NCBI GenBank assembly: GCA_913047795.1
Contig: CAJWTS010000011.1
Span: forward strand, 5,232 to 69,231
Direction of reading: 5' to 3'
DNA: 64,000 nucleotides
Source of the DNA: an uncultured Verrucomicrobiota bacterium
GTDB taxonomy: Bacteria > Verrucomicrobiota > Kiritimatiellia > CAJWTS01
Shown here: in pieces, positions 11,738 through 21,218 of the stretch
Numbering within the stretch: position 1 is the stretch's first letter
How the letters are laid out: each line of letters opens with the position of its first letter
Notes under the pieces: generated by a model
What the model saw: only the letters and a program-made list of their open reading frames with translations
Told to the model about the DNA's origin: nothing
Databases searched by the model: none
Position numbers and translations under genes: made by a program

Positions 11738-12816
11738 TGGCCGGCACGACGGACCAGACCGGCCGTAGCAGCCGCGGGGTTTTGCTCGTTAACCTCGGTT
11801 CTCCGGACTCGACATCGGTTGCGGATGTGCGGCGCTACCTGCATCAATTCCTGATGGATCGCTACGTCATTGATGTGCCGTACCTCATGCGCAAGATGAT
11901 TGTCTGCCTGAGTATTCTCCCTACGCGCCCGAAACAAACCGCAGCCGCCTACCGCGCGATCTGGGGGCCGGACGGTTCGCCACTGATTGCGATCAGTCGG
12001 CGTGTGCAGGCCGCTCTGCAGGAGCGATTGGATCTACCCGTGGGTCTGGCCATGCGTTACGGCCGGCCCGGGATCAAGCAGTCCCTGGACGCGTTGCTCG
12101 ATCGGCTCGACGGCAATGATCCCGTGGTGCACGTCATGCCGCTTTATCCACATTTCGCGCAGGCGACTTACAAGACCGTCGTTGAGGAAATTGCGCGGGT
12201 CACGCGTCATCTTCGCCGACCGGTACGACTGGAGTATCTTCCGCCGTTCTACGAGGAGCCGCACTATATTCGTGCGCTGGCCGATTCGTTACAGGAATCA
12301 CTCAGGTGGGACTATGATCACGTGCTTTTCAGCTATCACGGCATCCCGGAGAAACATGTGCGTAAGGAAGATCGATCGGGTGCGCATTGTCTCGCGCGGG
12401 ATCATTGTTGCGAGGTTGATGCGCCGGCGCGGAGAACGTGCTATCGCGCGCATGTGTATGCCACGACACGCGCGGTCGTCGCGTCGACCGGCATTGCGGC
12501 GGATAAGCACTCCGTCGCGTTCCAGTCGCGGCTGGGGCGCGACCCCTGGTTGCGGCCTTTCACGGATTTCGAGTACGAGCGCCTGGCGGAGGCGGGTGTG
12601 CGGCGCTTGCTGGTCGTCTGTGCCTCCTTTGTCGCCGACTGTCTCGAGACCCTCGAGGAGATCGAAATTCACGGTAACGAGAGCTTCCGTGCCTGCGGTG
12701 GCGAGGAATTACGGCTCGTGCCCTGTCTGAACGACAATCCCTCCTGGATCGACACGCTGGAGGGTTGGTGTCGCAGCGGATGGAACGATCCTGAATGGGG
12801 TCGACTCGATCCGTGA
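11737..12816 (+). CDS. hemH: ferrochelatase
   Basis: VLLVNLGSPDS N-terminal motif, ~360 aa, overall ferrochelatase similarity. Start overlaps the upstream stop. Confidence 0.85.
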   Translation: MAGTTDQTGRSSRGVLLVNLGSPDSTSVADVRRYLHQFLMDRYVIDVPYLMRKMIVCLSILPTRPKQTAAAYRAIWGPDGSPLIAISRRVQAALQERLDLPVGLAMRYGRPGIKQSLDALLDRLDGNDPVVHVMPLYPHFAQATYKTVVEEIARVTRHLRRPVRLEYLPPFYEEPHYIRALADSLQESLRWDYDHVLFSYHGIPEKHVRKEDRSGAHCLARDHCCEVDAPARRTCYRAHVYATTRAVVASTGIAADKHSVAFQSRLGRDPWLRPFTDFEYERLAEAGVRRLLVVCASFVADCLETLEEIEIHGNESFRACGGEELRLVPCLNDNPSWIDTLEGWCRSGWNDPEWGRLDP

Positions 12817-13217
12817 CGGGGGCAGGTAACGCGTTCGACTACCGGTATCTCAACCGATGGCTGCTGGGATGCCTGGTAGCGGGACTCGCGTGGTGGTTCG
12901 TCCTGGCCATGGACCTGCTCGGCTTACCGGCGGAGATGACGACATGTGGATCGATTCGTATGCTCGGGCGCCCCTGCGCGTTGTGTGGCATGACCCGCGC
13001 CGTTGCGTCTTTATTGGCGGGAGACCCCGGAGGGGCGCATCGTTACAACCCGGCGGTGATCCCGCTTGCCATTGTGATGCTCCTGGAAGTCGTCGCGCGC
13101 CTCGTGCTCGCGATACGGCGCGTGCCCGACGCGTATCGGGCGAACGTCATGCGCCTCGACAGGGCGACGCATGTCGCCGTCGTCGTGCTGCTTGCGGTCC
13201 TCTTCGTCGTCGGCTAA
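12795..13217 (+). CDS. DUF2752 family membrane protein
   Basis: CGSIRMLGRPCALCGMTRA motif characteristic of DUF2752, plus TM helices. The start is uncertain. Confidence 0.5.
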   Translation: MGSTRSVTGAGNAFDYRYLNRWLLGCLVAGLAWWFVLAMDLLGLPAEMTTCGSIRMLGRPCALCGMTRAVASLLAGDPGGAHRYNPAVIPLAIVMLLEVVARLVLAIRRVPDAYRANVMRLDRATHVAVVVLLAVLFVVG

Positions 13218-13232
13218 GCCGCACCGGATAGA

Positions 13233-13670
13233 CTACGCCTTTGTGATGCCCTTGAACCAGTCGACGGCATAGTGTCCGATCAGGGGTACGGGCTTCTCTG
13301 CGCCGTTGCAGGCGTTTATGAGGCCCAGGATAAACAACAAAAGTAGCGCCAGGCCGAGCACGGGAAGCAGGACAAAGCCGATGCACATCGCCAGCAGCGG
13401 CGCGGAGATCGTGCCCACCACGACACCGGCAATCCAGAGCAGCAGGACCTGCTTGGAATGGAAGAGCGAGAACGCGTTATCGCGCATAATAAGGGGCACA
13501 ATGAAAAACGGGATCCCCACAAAACTCAACGCGTAGGACAAGATCGCGAAGGCCTTGCCCTTATCGGCTTCGCTACCGTCGCCCGTGGGTGTCTTGGGCT
13601 GTGCTTCGTCGAACCTGGTTTCTTCCGTTGATGGTTCCTGATTGTCCGTCATGTCGTGTCCTCCAATCAT
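13233..13670 (-). CDS. DUF4870-like small membrane protein
   Basis: ILSYALSFVGIPFF...LFHSKQ motif and two or three TM helices. Acidic N-terminal tail. Confidence 0.5.
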   Translation of the reverse strand: MIGGHDMTDNQEPSTEETRFDEAQPKTPTGDGSEADKGKAFAILSYALSFVGIPFFIVPLIMRDNAFSLFHSKQVLLLWIAGVVVGTISAPLLAMCIGFVLLPVLGLALLLLFILGLINACNGAEKPVPLIGHYAVDWFKGITKA

Positions 13671-13849
13671 GCACTGGGTTACGATTGACGCCGCGGCGGA
13701 TGCGCCGTTGCTCGTCGTAGACTATCCGGCTTATACGGGCGGAGATCAAGCGCGAACCCGGACCGGTCGCGGCGCTGTTACCGCCGCTTTGTCGTGCTGT
13801 GTCTTGACAGTCGAAGTCGAGAACCCCATGATAACGCGAAGTTTAAACG

Positions 13850-14269
13850 ATGGACGCTCTTATGGCTGAACGCCCCTACGATCATTTCCAAAATGTTGCC
13901 CCGGTTCCCAAGGTTATCGGGGAGAAGCGCAAGCGCCCCAATATCATTGCAGTTGTGGACGAGGACAATTGTACGGGCTGCGAAGCCTGCGTCCCGTTTT
14001 GTCCGGTGGATTGCATCGAACACGTCCCGGATGGGAAATACGACGATGTCGTGATTTCGCCGGTGCAGATCCGCTTTAACGAGTGCATCGGGTGCCGAAT
14101 TTGCGTGCGCGTATGCGACCGAATGACCTGGTCCGCGATCCAGATGCATCCGACGGAGGATGTCGAGCAGCGCTTCGACGTTGAGATTTCGGGTAAGAAG
14201 TACGGGTGGGAAGGTGTTCCCGACGATCCGCATATCGGGCGCAAGACCGAGCAGCACGTTCGCAAGTAG
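13850..14269 (+). CDS. 4Fe-4S dicluster ferredoxin-like protein
   Basis: Two cysteine motifs, CTGCEACVPFCP and CIGCRICVRVCD. Confidence 0.7.
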   Translation: MDALMAERPYDHFQNVAPVPKVIGEKRKRPNIIAVVDEDNCTGCEACVPFCPVDCIEHVPDGKYDDVVISPVQIRFNECIGCRICVRVCDRMTWSAIQMHPTEDVEQRFDVEISGKKYGWEGVPDDPHIGRKTEQHVRK

Positions 14270-14355
14270 GCCATGATTAGGCCCGATCGTCTGAGCGAGC
14301 AGGTCGGTGCGCCGTGTGTCAACCGCCGAGTTTTTTTCCGATTAATGACCGTCTT

Positions 14356-15282
14356 ATGAAACCCGACGTCCCGGATAATTTGACTGAAGACGCTCCCGAT
14401 GAACCGGCATCCGAGCCGGCGAAGAACTGGCCCGAGAGCCGTTGGGGCAGGTGGCTGCATTCGCTATTTGTCATCCCCTTCTTTATCGCGCTCTTCGGCG
14501 TTATTCTTGCCACGCTCGTATATGTTGTGGCGGCCGACGATCGTTCAATCAACGACTACCTGGAGGACATCCAGACCGGCCGCAAATCCAAGCGCTGGCA
14601 GGCGGCTTTCGAGCTGTCCAAGATCTTCGTCAACCCTGACCGGGTTCCCGGCGATCACGTGTTCGTGCCCCAGGTGATCGCGCTCTTCGATGACGAAACG
14701 ATGCGACAAGAGGATCCCCGGGTTCGGCAGTATCTTGCGCTGGCGATGGGGCGCTCCGGCATCGACGGCTTTTATGCGCCTCTGATGGAAGGCTTTCACG
14801 CGGCGGGGGCTGACGACCGCGCCGTATTCATCCAGGCTCTCGGCTACCTCGGTAGGACCGAAGCCGTGGACGAGTTGCACCCGTATCTGCAGCATGCGAA
14901 GGCCCCGATGCGGCTCGTGACGGTCATCGCCCTGGGAAATATAGGTGCTCGCGAATCGATCGAGCACCTGCTGCCCTTGCTGAGCGATGCGGAGCCCAAC
15001 GTGATGTGGGACGCGGCGGTCGCGCTTGCGAAACTCGGTGACAGGTCGGGTCGGGAGATCCTGCTGGCGTTGATGAGTCGGGAATATTACGCACAGTTTG
15101 GCGAAGTGGACGCGCAGGAGCGCGCGCGGGCCATGGTGGTTGCCATCCAGGCGGCGGCGGGCTTGGGCGATTCCGAGATGGATGCGGCCATCGCTCGACT
15201 GGCGAAGGACGACCCCAATGCCCTGGTCAGTAATGCGGCCCGCAAGGCGCTTGAGCATATTGGCGGACGCAGGACTCAATAG
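14356..15282 (+). CDS. HEAT/PBS-lyase repeat protein with N-terminal TM helix
   Basis: Repeated ~30 aa helical units with conserved A/L/G spacing (ALGYLG, ALGNIG, ALAKLGD), typical of HEAT-like repeats. The start is chosen at the internal Met and is uncertain. Confidence 0.6.
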   Translation: MKPDVPDNLTEDAPDEPASEPAKNWPESRWGRWLHSLFVIPFFIALFGVILATLVYVVAADDRSINDYLEDIQTGRKSKRWQAAFELSKIFVNPDRVPGDHVFVPQVIALFDDETMRQEDPRVRQYLALAMGRSGIDGFYAPLMEGFHAAGADDRAVFIQALGYLGRTEAVDELHPYLQHAKAPMRLVTVIALGNIGARESIEHLLPLLSDAEPNVMWDAAVALAKLGDRSGREILLALMSREYYAQFGEVDAQERARAMVVAIQAAAGLGDSEMDAAIARLAKDDPNALVSNAARKALEHIGGRRTQ

Positions 15283-15503
15283 GGCATGGCGTCTGCACGG
15301 CAGACGTGTCTGATCGCCGTGTGCCTGTCTGTTGCTTTTTACGCGACGCGGTGACGGGCGGATCGTTCGGGAGGTCGACGGGTTCGCTCACAGGTCGCTG
15401 TCGGCGCCTGGCCGAGTACCCGACGTATGGGAGGCCCGTAACGGATTTGATCTGGAGCTCGCTGGATGTCCGAGTTTCGGCCCTGCAGGCCGGGTACGTC
15501 GAT

Positions 15504-15532
15504 TTGTCCACACCTGGAAATGAATATATAAT
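15504..15532 (+). promoter_or_regulatory. sigma70-like promoter TTGTCC-N17-TATAAT
   Basis: -35 at 15504-15509 and -10 at 15527-15532. Lies 50 bp upstream of a GGAGG RBS and the ATG at 15585. Confidence 0.35.
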
Positions 15533-15584
15533 CTTGCTGTGGCGTCGAAGCGTTAACAAGTTCGAAACACGATTCGGAGGCGGA

Positions 15585-16550
15585 ATGAAAACGTTAATAT
15601 GGGTTCTGGCATTCGTGACGGTGGTATCGGTTGACGTGCGGGGCGTTCAAATCGGCGAACATGTCTCACAGGTCCGGCGCGAGTTGGGCGAACCGAAGGG
15701 ATATCTTCGCATGGATACGTTCGAGTTGTTGTGCTACGACCGCGGCCGGGTCAAATGCCGCGATGGGCGGGTGGTCGACATGGACCTGGTCTCTCCCGAG
15801 GAACTCGCTGTTCGGCGTGATGACGAAGCGCGGCAGCGTGCCAGGCAGGCGCGAGAAGTGGAGGAGCGACGGGTGCGCATGACCGCGCGGGGCGAAGCCC
15901 TCAAGTCCGACAAATTGAGTGACCCCGCATTTCTGGCCGGTTCGGCGGCGGACCGTCTCAGGTTCTGGACGGCCTTTCGTAAGCTTTACCAGGACGTGAA
16001 TGTCGACGTTGAATATGGAGAAACGCTGTTGCGATTCGAACACGATCTTGCACTTGAAGAGGAGGCCCGCGAACGCGAACGGGAGCAGGCCGCGGCGGAG
16101 CGACGCCTGGTCGAGCTTGAGCGGCGTGTGCTGGATGCCGAGGCACGCGCGCGCAACGCAGAGGACGTTGCATACGATGCGCGGCGGGATCGCGGCAATC
16201 GCTTTTACTATCCGGCATCCGTCGTGACGCCCGTCCTGCAACATGGCGCGCATAACCCCTGTCGTAATAGCCCGCGCAAGGGATCATCGATCCAGGTGAG
16301 TATTGGCGGGCAGATTGTGCACCAGCGCGGTGACCCGCATGCGGCGCAGGGAAGCAATTGCCGAACAACGGTTTTTCGGCCGGCGGCATCGAAACGCGGG
16401 ATTGCCGTGATGTATACGCGCTGTGAACCGGACAAAAGCGAATCGACTCCACACGCGGCCTTCCGGGCGCGCATGCGGGCCCAGAAGGCGGCCGCGCGCA
16501 GCTCATTTCACGCGACCTACTCGAGCCGGTCCGGCGGGAGCTACGACTAG
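15585..16550 (+). CDS. hypothetical secreted protein with charged coiled-coil region; 3' end doubtful
   Basis: GGAGG RBS, a signal-peptide-like N-terminus (MKTLIWVLAFVTVVSV) and a highly charged E/R-rich helical stretch (EEEAREREREQAAAERRLVELERR). The last ~100 codons look non-protein-like, so the true stop may lie earlier or a frameshift may be present. Confidence 0.35.
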   Translation: MKTLIWVLAFVTVVSVDVRGVQIGEHVSQVRRELGEPKGYLRMDTFELLCYDRGRVKCRDGRVVDMDLVSPEELAVRRDDEARQRARQAREVEERRVRMTARGEALKSDKLSDPAFLAGSAADRLRFWTAFRKLYQDVNVDVEYGETLLRFEHDLALEEEAREREREQAAAERRLVELERRVLDAEARARNAEDVAYDARRDRGNRFYYPASVVTPVLQHGAHNPCRNSPRKGSSIQVSIGGQIVHQRGDPHAAQGSNCRTTVFRPAASKRGIAVMYTRCEPDKSESTPHAAFRARMRAQKAAARSSFHATYSSRSGGSYD

Positions 16551-16693
16551 CAGGGCGTCATCTGATTGGCAGGATGCCCTCTTAGAGTCAGCACCCGGCG
16601 CTTTCCCGTGCTCTTCCTTGCGGAAGGATCGGTGTTGTGATCACGCCGTTCCTTCACGATGCTACGCAGGGCATCCCTCGTGCCCGTGACGCA

Positions 16694-18223
16694 TTACGTG
16701 CGAAAGAACTTGCGCAGGCAGGCGTCGGATGGTGGGCGGGTACATAGCGAGACGACCACGGTTGCGACGACGCAGACGAGGAACATCACGGCTGCGGGCA
16801 TGATTCCGCGGTCCGGGCCGAGCCAGTTGATCAGGTAGTGGCGGTTCTCGCCGAAACCGGAATCGCGGAACATGTATAGCCATGTTGCAGCCGTGGAAAG
16901 AATGCCGGCGTAGGCCCCGGCGCGGGTCAGGCGTTTCCAGTAGACGGCGGCGAAGATCACGGGAAACAGTGCCCCGAAGCCCGAGAAACACCAGATGCCC
17001 AGCACGAAGACACTGCGCGGCTCCGCCAGGCTGAGAAGGTAGGTGATCGCGACGACGACAATCACAAACCCGCGTCCGATCAAGATCTTCTGCCGCTCAC
17101 TGAAGGTGCGCTTGCGGCCGTAGTGCAGCACGATGTCGTTAGTGAAAATATTGCTCAGGCAGAGGAATTGCGAATCCAGCGAGGACATGATGGCCGCGAG
17201 AATGCCCGCACTTAGTAGTCCTGTCGTCAAGGGGGTGGTCAACTTTTTGACCATGATCGGGAGCACGGCGTTTGCGTTGGCGAAATTGGGGGGTATCACC
17301 GGGCGGCCGCCGACCACGGCCGACGTGGCCCATGCGCCGATGAGTACGCAGGGCACCCAAACAAGCATGATGCAGATCGGGTGAGCGATGACGGAAAGCC
17401 GAAAGGTGCGGGCCGATCGCGCGGTCAGCCAGTGCTGGAAGAGATGCGGGAACATGCCGACCGAGAGCGGGATGAAGAGATAGGTCAGGAATTCCCACTT
17501 GCCGATCGCGACACGTGTGAACATCTCGGGCCGGCTTTCAATCACGGCGCGGCTGGCGCTCTCGAAGCCGCCCAGCTTGGATGCCAGTGTAAAGGATGCG
17601 ACGGCTGCAACAATCATGAAGACGACTGTCTGAAAGGCGTTGGCCCAGGCTGCGCCGCGCAACCCACCGAAGAAGACGTAGCTCATCACGACAAGGCAGA
17701 TGACCGCCGAGCCAAGCGCGGGTGGCACGCCGCCCTTGAAGTCGGCAAATGCTTCCGGGAAGGCACCGGCCGTTACAACATTGATGATCGTGCCGGAGGC
17801 CATCACGCCGATGAGCAGGTAGGGAATCAGCAGTCCGACGAGAATCGGAAACAGCACGATCCCAATGTTTTCCGATTCGAGGCGATCGCGAAAGAACTGG
17901 ATCTGAGTCATGTATCCATTGCGTTTGCCGAACGACCATAGGCGGATACCAATGATGAAGAAGATGAGAGGATGGATGATGCCGGAGATGGAAGCCATCA
18001 GTCCGTAGACGCCGATCCCGCGCTTAAACGATTCCCCCGTGGACCCCACCAGCGCAAAAGCCGTCATCGTTGTTCCAAACAACGACATCAAGAGGAGGAA
18101 GGGGCCGATCGAGCGTTCGGCGAGGAAGAAATCGGACGAGCTGCCACGCGCCATCCGACCGGCATAGAGGCCGAGGCCGAGCAGAAGCAGCAGATAGCAA
18201 GTGATGACGATCAGTGGGGTCAT
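16694..18223 (-). CDS. sodium:solute symporter family (SSF) transporter
   Basis: 509 aa with ~13 TM helices and the SSF N-terminal signature (YLLLLLGLGLYAGRMARGSSSDFFLAERSIGPF). Confidence 0.8.
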   Translation of the reverse strand: MTPLIVITCYLLLLLGLGLYAGRMARGSSSDFFLAERSIGPFLLLMSLFGTTMTAFALVGSTGESFKRGIGVYGLMASISGIIHPLIFFIIGIRLWSFGKRNGYMTQIQFFRDRLESENIGIVLFPILVGLLIPYLLIGVMASGTIINVVTAGAFPEAFADFKGGVPPALGSAVICLVVMSYVFFGGLRGAAWANAFQTVVFMIVAAVASFTLASKLGGFESASRAVIESRPEMFTRVAIGKWEFLTYLFIPLSVGMFPHLFQHWLTARSARTFRLSVIAHPICIMLVWVPCVLIGAWATSAVVGGRPVIPPNFANANAVLPIMVKKLTTPLTTGLLSAGILAAIMSSLDSQFLCLSNIFTNDIVLHYGRKRTFSERQKILIGRGFVIVVVAITYLLSLAEPRSVFVLGIWCFSGFGALFPVIFAAVYWKRLTRAGAYAGILSTAATWLYMFRDSGFGENRHYLINWLGPDRGIMPAAVMFLVCVVATVVVSLCTRPPSDACLRKFFRT

Positions 18224-18429
18224 GGCGTGTCGTCGTCCTCGATCTCATGCGGCCAGCAGGCGTAGCAGGCCCAGGCGCCCAGGCAGCCTGCGAGGATTGA
18301 GATCAGGGCATGGTAGGCGAGCCCAATGGGCATGAACCCGAAGAGCAGGCGGGCGTCCGTCCAGAACCAGACGTCCTGGTGAAGCACGATCAGGACCAGC
18401 GTGGCGATGTACATGATGCGGCGATTCAT
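18220..18429 (-). CDS. DUF3311-like small membrane protein (SSF transporter companion)
   Basis: 69 aa, two TM helices, ATGA overlap with the downstream SSF gene. This is the typical arrangement for DUF3311/YhdT-like proteins. Confidence 0.55.
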   Translation of the reverse strand: MNRRIMYIATLVLIVLHQDVWFWTDARLLFGFMPIGLAYHALISILAGCLGAWACYACWPHEIEDDDTP

Positions 18430-18539
18430 TGCCGGGCACTATACGGGACTCGGAACCCCCCACGCAACGGTTCTGTCTGCTATGATGTTGTGACAGGATA
18501 CCTTTGGTTCCTTCGAAGCCCGGGAGACGTGAGGTACGG

Positions 18540-19493
18540 ATGCGTTGGCGAAAATTGACAGTAAGTGCGGTGGCGGTCGTGCTGGTTCTGGCCGTCGGCG
18601 AGATCGCGATGCGGGGTTTTTTCGGCCCGGCCCTCCGGGTTCAGCTTGATGAGCGCAATTTGCTCTATCGCTATGACGCCGAATTGGGGTGGTTCCCCGT
18701 AGCAAACAGCCGGGCAAACCATACAGGTGTCCGGCAGATCGATGTGCAGCACAACAGTCGTGGATTCAGGGATCCTGAGCACGAGCCCGGCCACCGACCG
18801 GGTCTATTGATTCTCGGGGACTCGTTCGTCTGGGGCTATGACGCCGAGGTATCTGAGCGCTTCAGCGAGCTTCTGCGTGAAAGGATGAGCGGGTGGGACG
18901 TCTATAACCTCGGAATAAGTGGATACGGCACGGATCAGGAGTACCTGCTACTACAGGGTCAATTTGACCACTATCGTCCCGCCCTTGTTCTGGTTGTATA
19001 TTGCCAGATGAATGACGAGGCCAACAACTCAAGTAGCGTATCGCATGGCTATCACAAGCCCTATTTTCGTCTGTCGGGGGATGGGGAACCGGTTCTTGAT
19101 GGAACCCCGGTTCCGCGGTCGGCGCACTACTTTTTCGCCGAACACCGGTTGCTGACGAAGTCGTATTGGATCCGACTCGCGGTGAAACCCTATTTTAAAC
19201 GGCGGTCTCCGCCCACCGTTCATATACCCAATCCAACAGCCGCCATATTTGCGGCAATGCGGCATTTCCTTGCGGCACGTGACGCCACATTGATCGTGGG
19301 CTTCGAAGGCGCCAATCGCGGGCTACAGGCCGTCCTCGAGTCTGAGGGCATTCCAGTCATTGACCTCGACACGAGCCATCGCTACTTCACCTACGGGCGT
19401 CACTGGACGCCCAGGGGGCATCGCGTCGTCGCTGACCGGATCCATGCCTTCCTGGCTGATGGCGGATTCCTGGGCCAGCCCCGGCGTCGGTGA
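18540..19493 (+). CDS. membrane-anchored SGNH/GDSL-like hydrolase family protein (paralog A)
   Basis: GAGG RBS. N-terminal TM helix. SGNH blocks GDSFVWGY (I), GISGYG (II), MNDE (III) and a C-terminal D..H.. block (V). Confidence 0.55.
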   Translation: MRWRKLTVSAVAVVLVLAVGEIAMRGFFGPALRVQLDERNLLYRYDAELGWFPVANSRANHTGVRQIDVQHNSRGFRDPEHEPGHRPGLLILGDSFVWGYDAEVSERFSELLRERMSGWDVYNLGISGYGTDQEYLLLQGQFDHYRPALVLVVYCQMNDEANNSSSVSHGYHKPYFRLSGDGEPVLDGTPVPRSAHYFFAEHRLLTKSYWIRLAVKPYFKRRSPPTVHIPNPTAAIFAAMRHFLAARDATLIVGFEGANRGLQAVLESEGIPVIDLDTSHRYFTYGRHWTPRGHRVVADRIHAFLADGGFLGQPRRR

Positions 19494-19612
19494 ACTTCAG
19501 GCCGTGCGGGGTGGGGCCGTGGCCAATCTTGCTCTTGCAACGACTTGACAGCGTTGACGCGACCGCGCAATTTACCCAGTCGCAGAATGGTATGGCATGA
19601 AGGATCGCGGGC

Positions 19613-20353
19613 ATGGCAAAAGCACGTAAGAACAACGGACGCATTCACAGCTTTGATTTTCAACCGGGTGATATTCTTGCGCGCAAGTACGAGATAATCG
19701 ACAAGGTTGGAAGTGGCTGGGAAGGTGAGGTCTTCAGGATCCGGGAACGCAGCACGGGGATCGAGCGCGCCGCCAAGATCTTCTTTCCGCATCGCAACCG
19801 GCGTGACAAGAGCTCCAAGTTCTACGCGCGTAAATTGCACAAGCTGCGCGATTGTCCAATCCTGATCCAGTATCATAGCCAGGAGACGATCAAGTACAAT
19901 GACTACCCCGTTACGGTGCTGATTTCCGAACTCGTTGAAGGTGAGCCGCTCAGCGATTTCCTGACGCGTCATCCCGGCAAACGAATCACGCCGTTCCAGG
20001 GCGTGATCCTGCTCCACGCGCTGGCGAAGGGGATCGAGAAGATTCACCGCATCCGCGAATATCACGGCGACCTTCACTCCGGGAACATTATCATCCGCCA
20101 TCATGGACTGGGCTTTGATCTGAAAATCATCGATCTGTTTCAGTGGGAGTACCCCCGGCGGGAAAACATTAACGATGATGTCGTGGACCTCATCCGCCTC
20201 TTCTACGACGCGATCGGCGGCCCCAAGCATTACGCGAAACACCCGCGTGAGATAAAGGCCATCTGTTGCGGCCTCAAGCGATCACTGATCCTTAAGAAAT
20301 TCAAGACGGCCGGACAATTGCGCACGTACCTCGAGAACATGGAGTGGGAGTGA
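19613..20353 (+). CDS. compact atypical protein-kinase-like protein
   Basis: Gly-rich loop DKVGSGWEGEVF, AAKIF lysine motif, hinge SELVEGE, catalytic-loop-like HGDLHSGNIII, and DLF in place of DFG. 246 aa. Confidence 0.55.
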   Translation: MAKARKNNGRIHSFDFQPGDILARKYEIIDKVGSGWEGEVFRIRERSTGIERAAKIFFPHRNRRDKSSKFYARKLHKLRDCPILIQYHSQETIKYNDYPVTVLISELVEGEPLSDFLTRHPGKRITPFQGVILLHALAKGIEKIHRIREYHGDLHSGNIIIRHHGLGFDLKIIDLFQWEYPRRENINDDVVDLIRLFYDAIGGPKHYAKHPREIKAICCGLKRSLILKKFKTAGQLRTYLENMEWE

Positions 20354-21189
20354 AGAGCAGGGGGTTGCTACGTTCGCGTCTCTTTGTCGATCACTACACC
20401 TCCGACGCCGAAATATTTGAAGCGCCGTCCGGGCAACTGGCGGTCTACACGGCGGCGGCGGAAGACGATGCGGCCAATGAGGATGCCGTTGGTCTGTTCC
20501 CTTGTACCGAGGAGACGACCGTGCTGGCGGTGGCGGACGGCGTTGGCGGTCAGCGTGCCGGCGAACAGGCCGCCCACATCGCGTTGATGCAGCTACGCGC
20601 GGCGCTGAATCGCATTCGTCGCGAGAGCGCGGAACCACGAGCAGCGATCCTCGATGGATTTGAACAGGCCAATCGCGCCGTGCTTGAGATGGGTATCGGC
20701 GCGGCGACGACGCTGGCGGTCGTCGAGGTTTGTGGGAAACAGATCCGTCCTTATCATGTCGGCGACTCACCAATCCTCGTGGTCGGCCAGCGTGGCCAGG
20801 TGAAGTTGCAGTCGGTTGCACATTCACCGGTCGGCTACGCGGTGGAGTCCGGGTTGGTGGACGAAGATGATGCGCTCAATCATGAGGAGCGGCACGTGGT
20901 GTCGAACTTGATCGGTGATCAGGAGATGCGCATTGAAATGGGATCAACGATGACCCTTGCGCGTTACGACACGTTGTTGATTGCAAGTGATGGACTCTGG
21001 GACAATCTGTATTTGTCGGAGATCGTGGAGAACGTTCGCAAGGGACCCATGGAACAGGTCGTCCGCGGCCTGGTGGGAACATGCCGCAGTCGCATGCATG
21101 GCGACGGCGAAGGGCAACCGTCCAAGCTCGATGACGTCAGCTTCGTGGTTTATCGGCCGGCGCGTGGTCGTCGTTCCGTGAAAAGTTGA
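20344..21189 (+). CDS. PP2C-family serine/threonine phosphatase
   Basis: AVADGVGG metal-binding motif and LLIASDGLWDN motif. GTG start overlaps the kinase-like gene by 10 bp. Confidence 0.75.
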   Translation: MGVKSRGLLRSRLFVDHYTSDAEIFEAPSGQLAVYTAAAEDDAANEDAVGLFPCTEETTVLAVADGVGGQRAGEQAAHIALMQLRAALNRIRRESAEPRAAILDGFEQANRAVLEMGIGAATTLAVVEVCGKQIRPYHVGDSPILVVGQRGQVKLQSVAHSPVGYAVESGLVDEDDALNHEERHVVSNLIGDQEMRIEMGSTMTLARYDTLLIASDGLWDNLYLSEIVENVRKGPMEQVVRGLVGTCRSRMHGDGEGQPSKLDDVSFVVYRPARGRRSVKS

Positions 21190-21218
21190 TCGGCCACAGG
21201 TTGCCGGCACCCGTTCGT

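Noticed and set aside
11185-11937. 250 aa minus-strand ORF antisense to the epimerase and hemH genes (similar long antisense ORFs occur at 6748-7368, 27565-28194, 49703-50992 and elsewhere)
   Set aside because: These are typical stop-codon-poor antisense frames of high-GC coding DNA. Their composition is Arg/Ala/Pro/Ser-rich with no domain signature, while the sense-strand genes have clear homologs.
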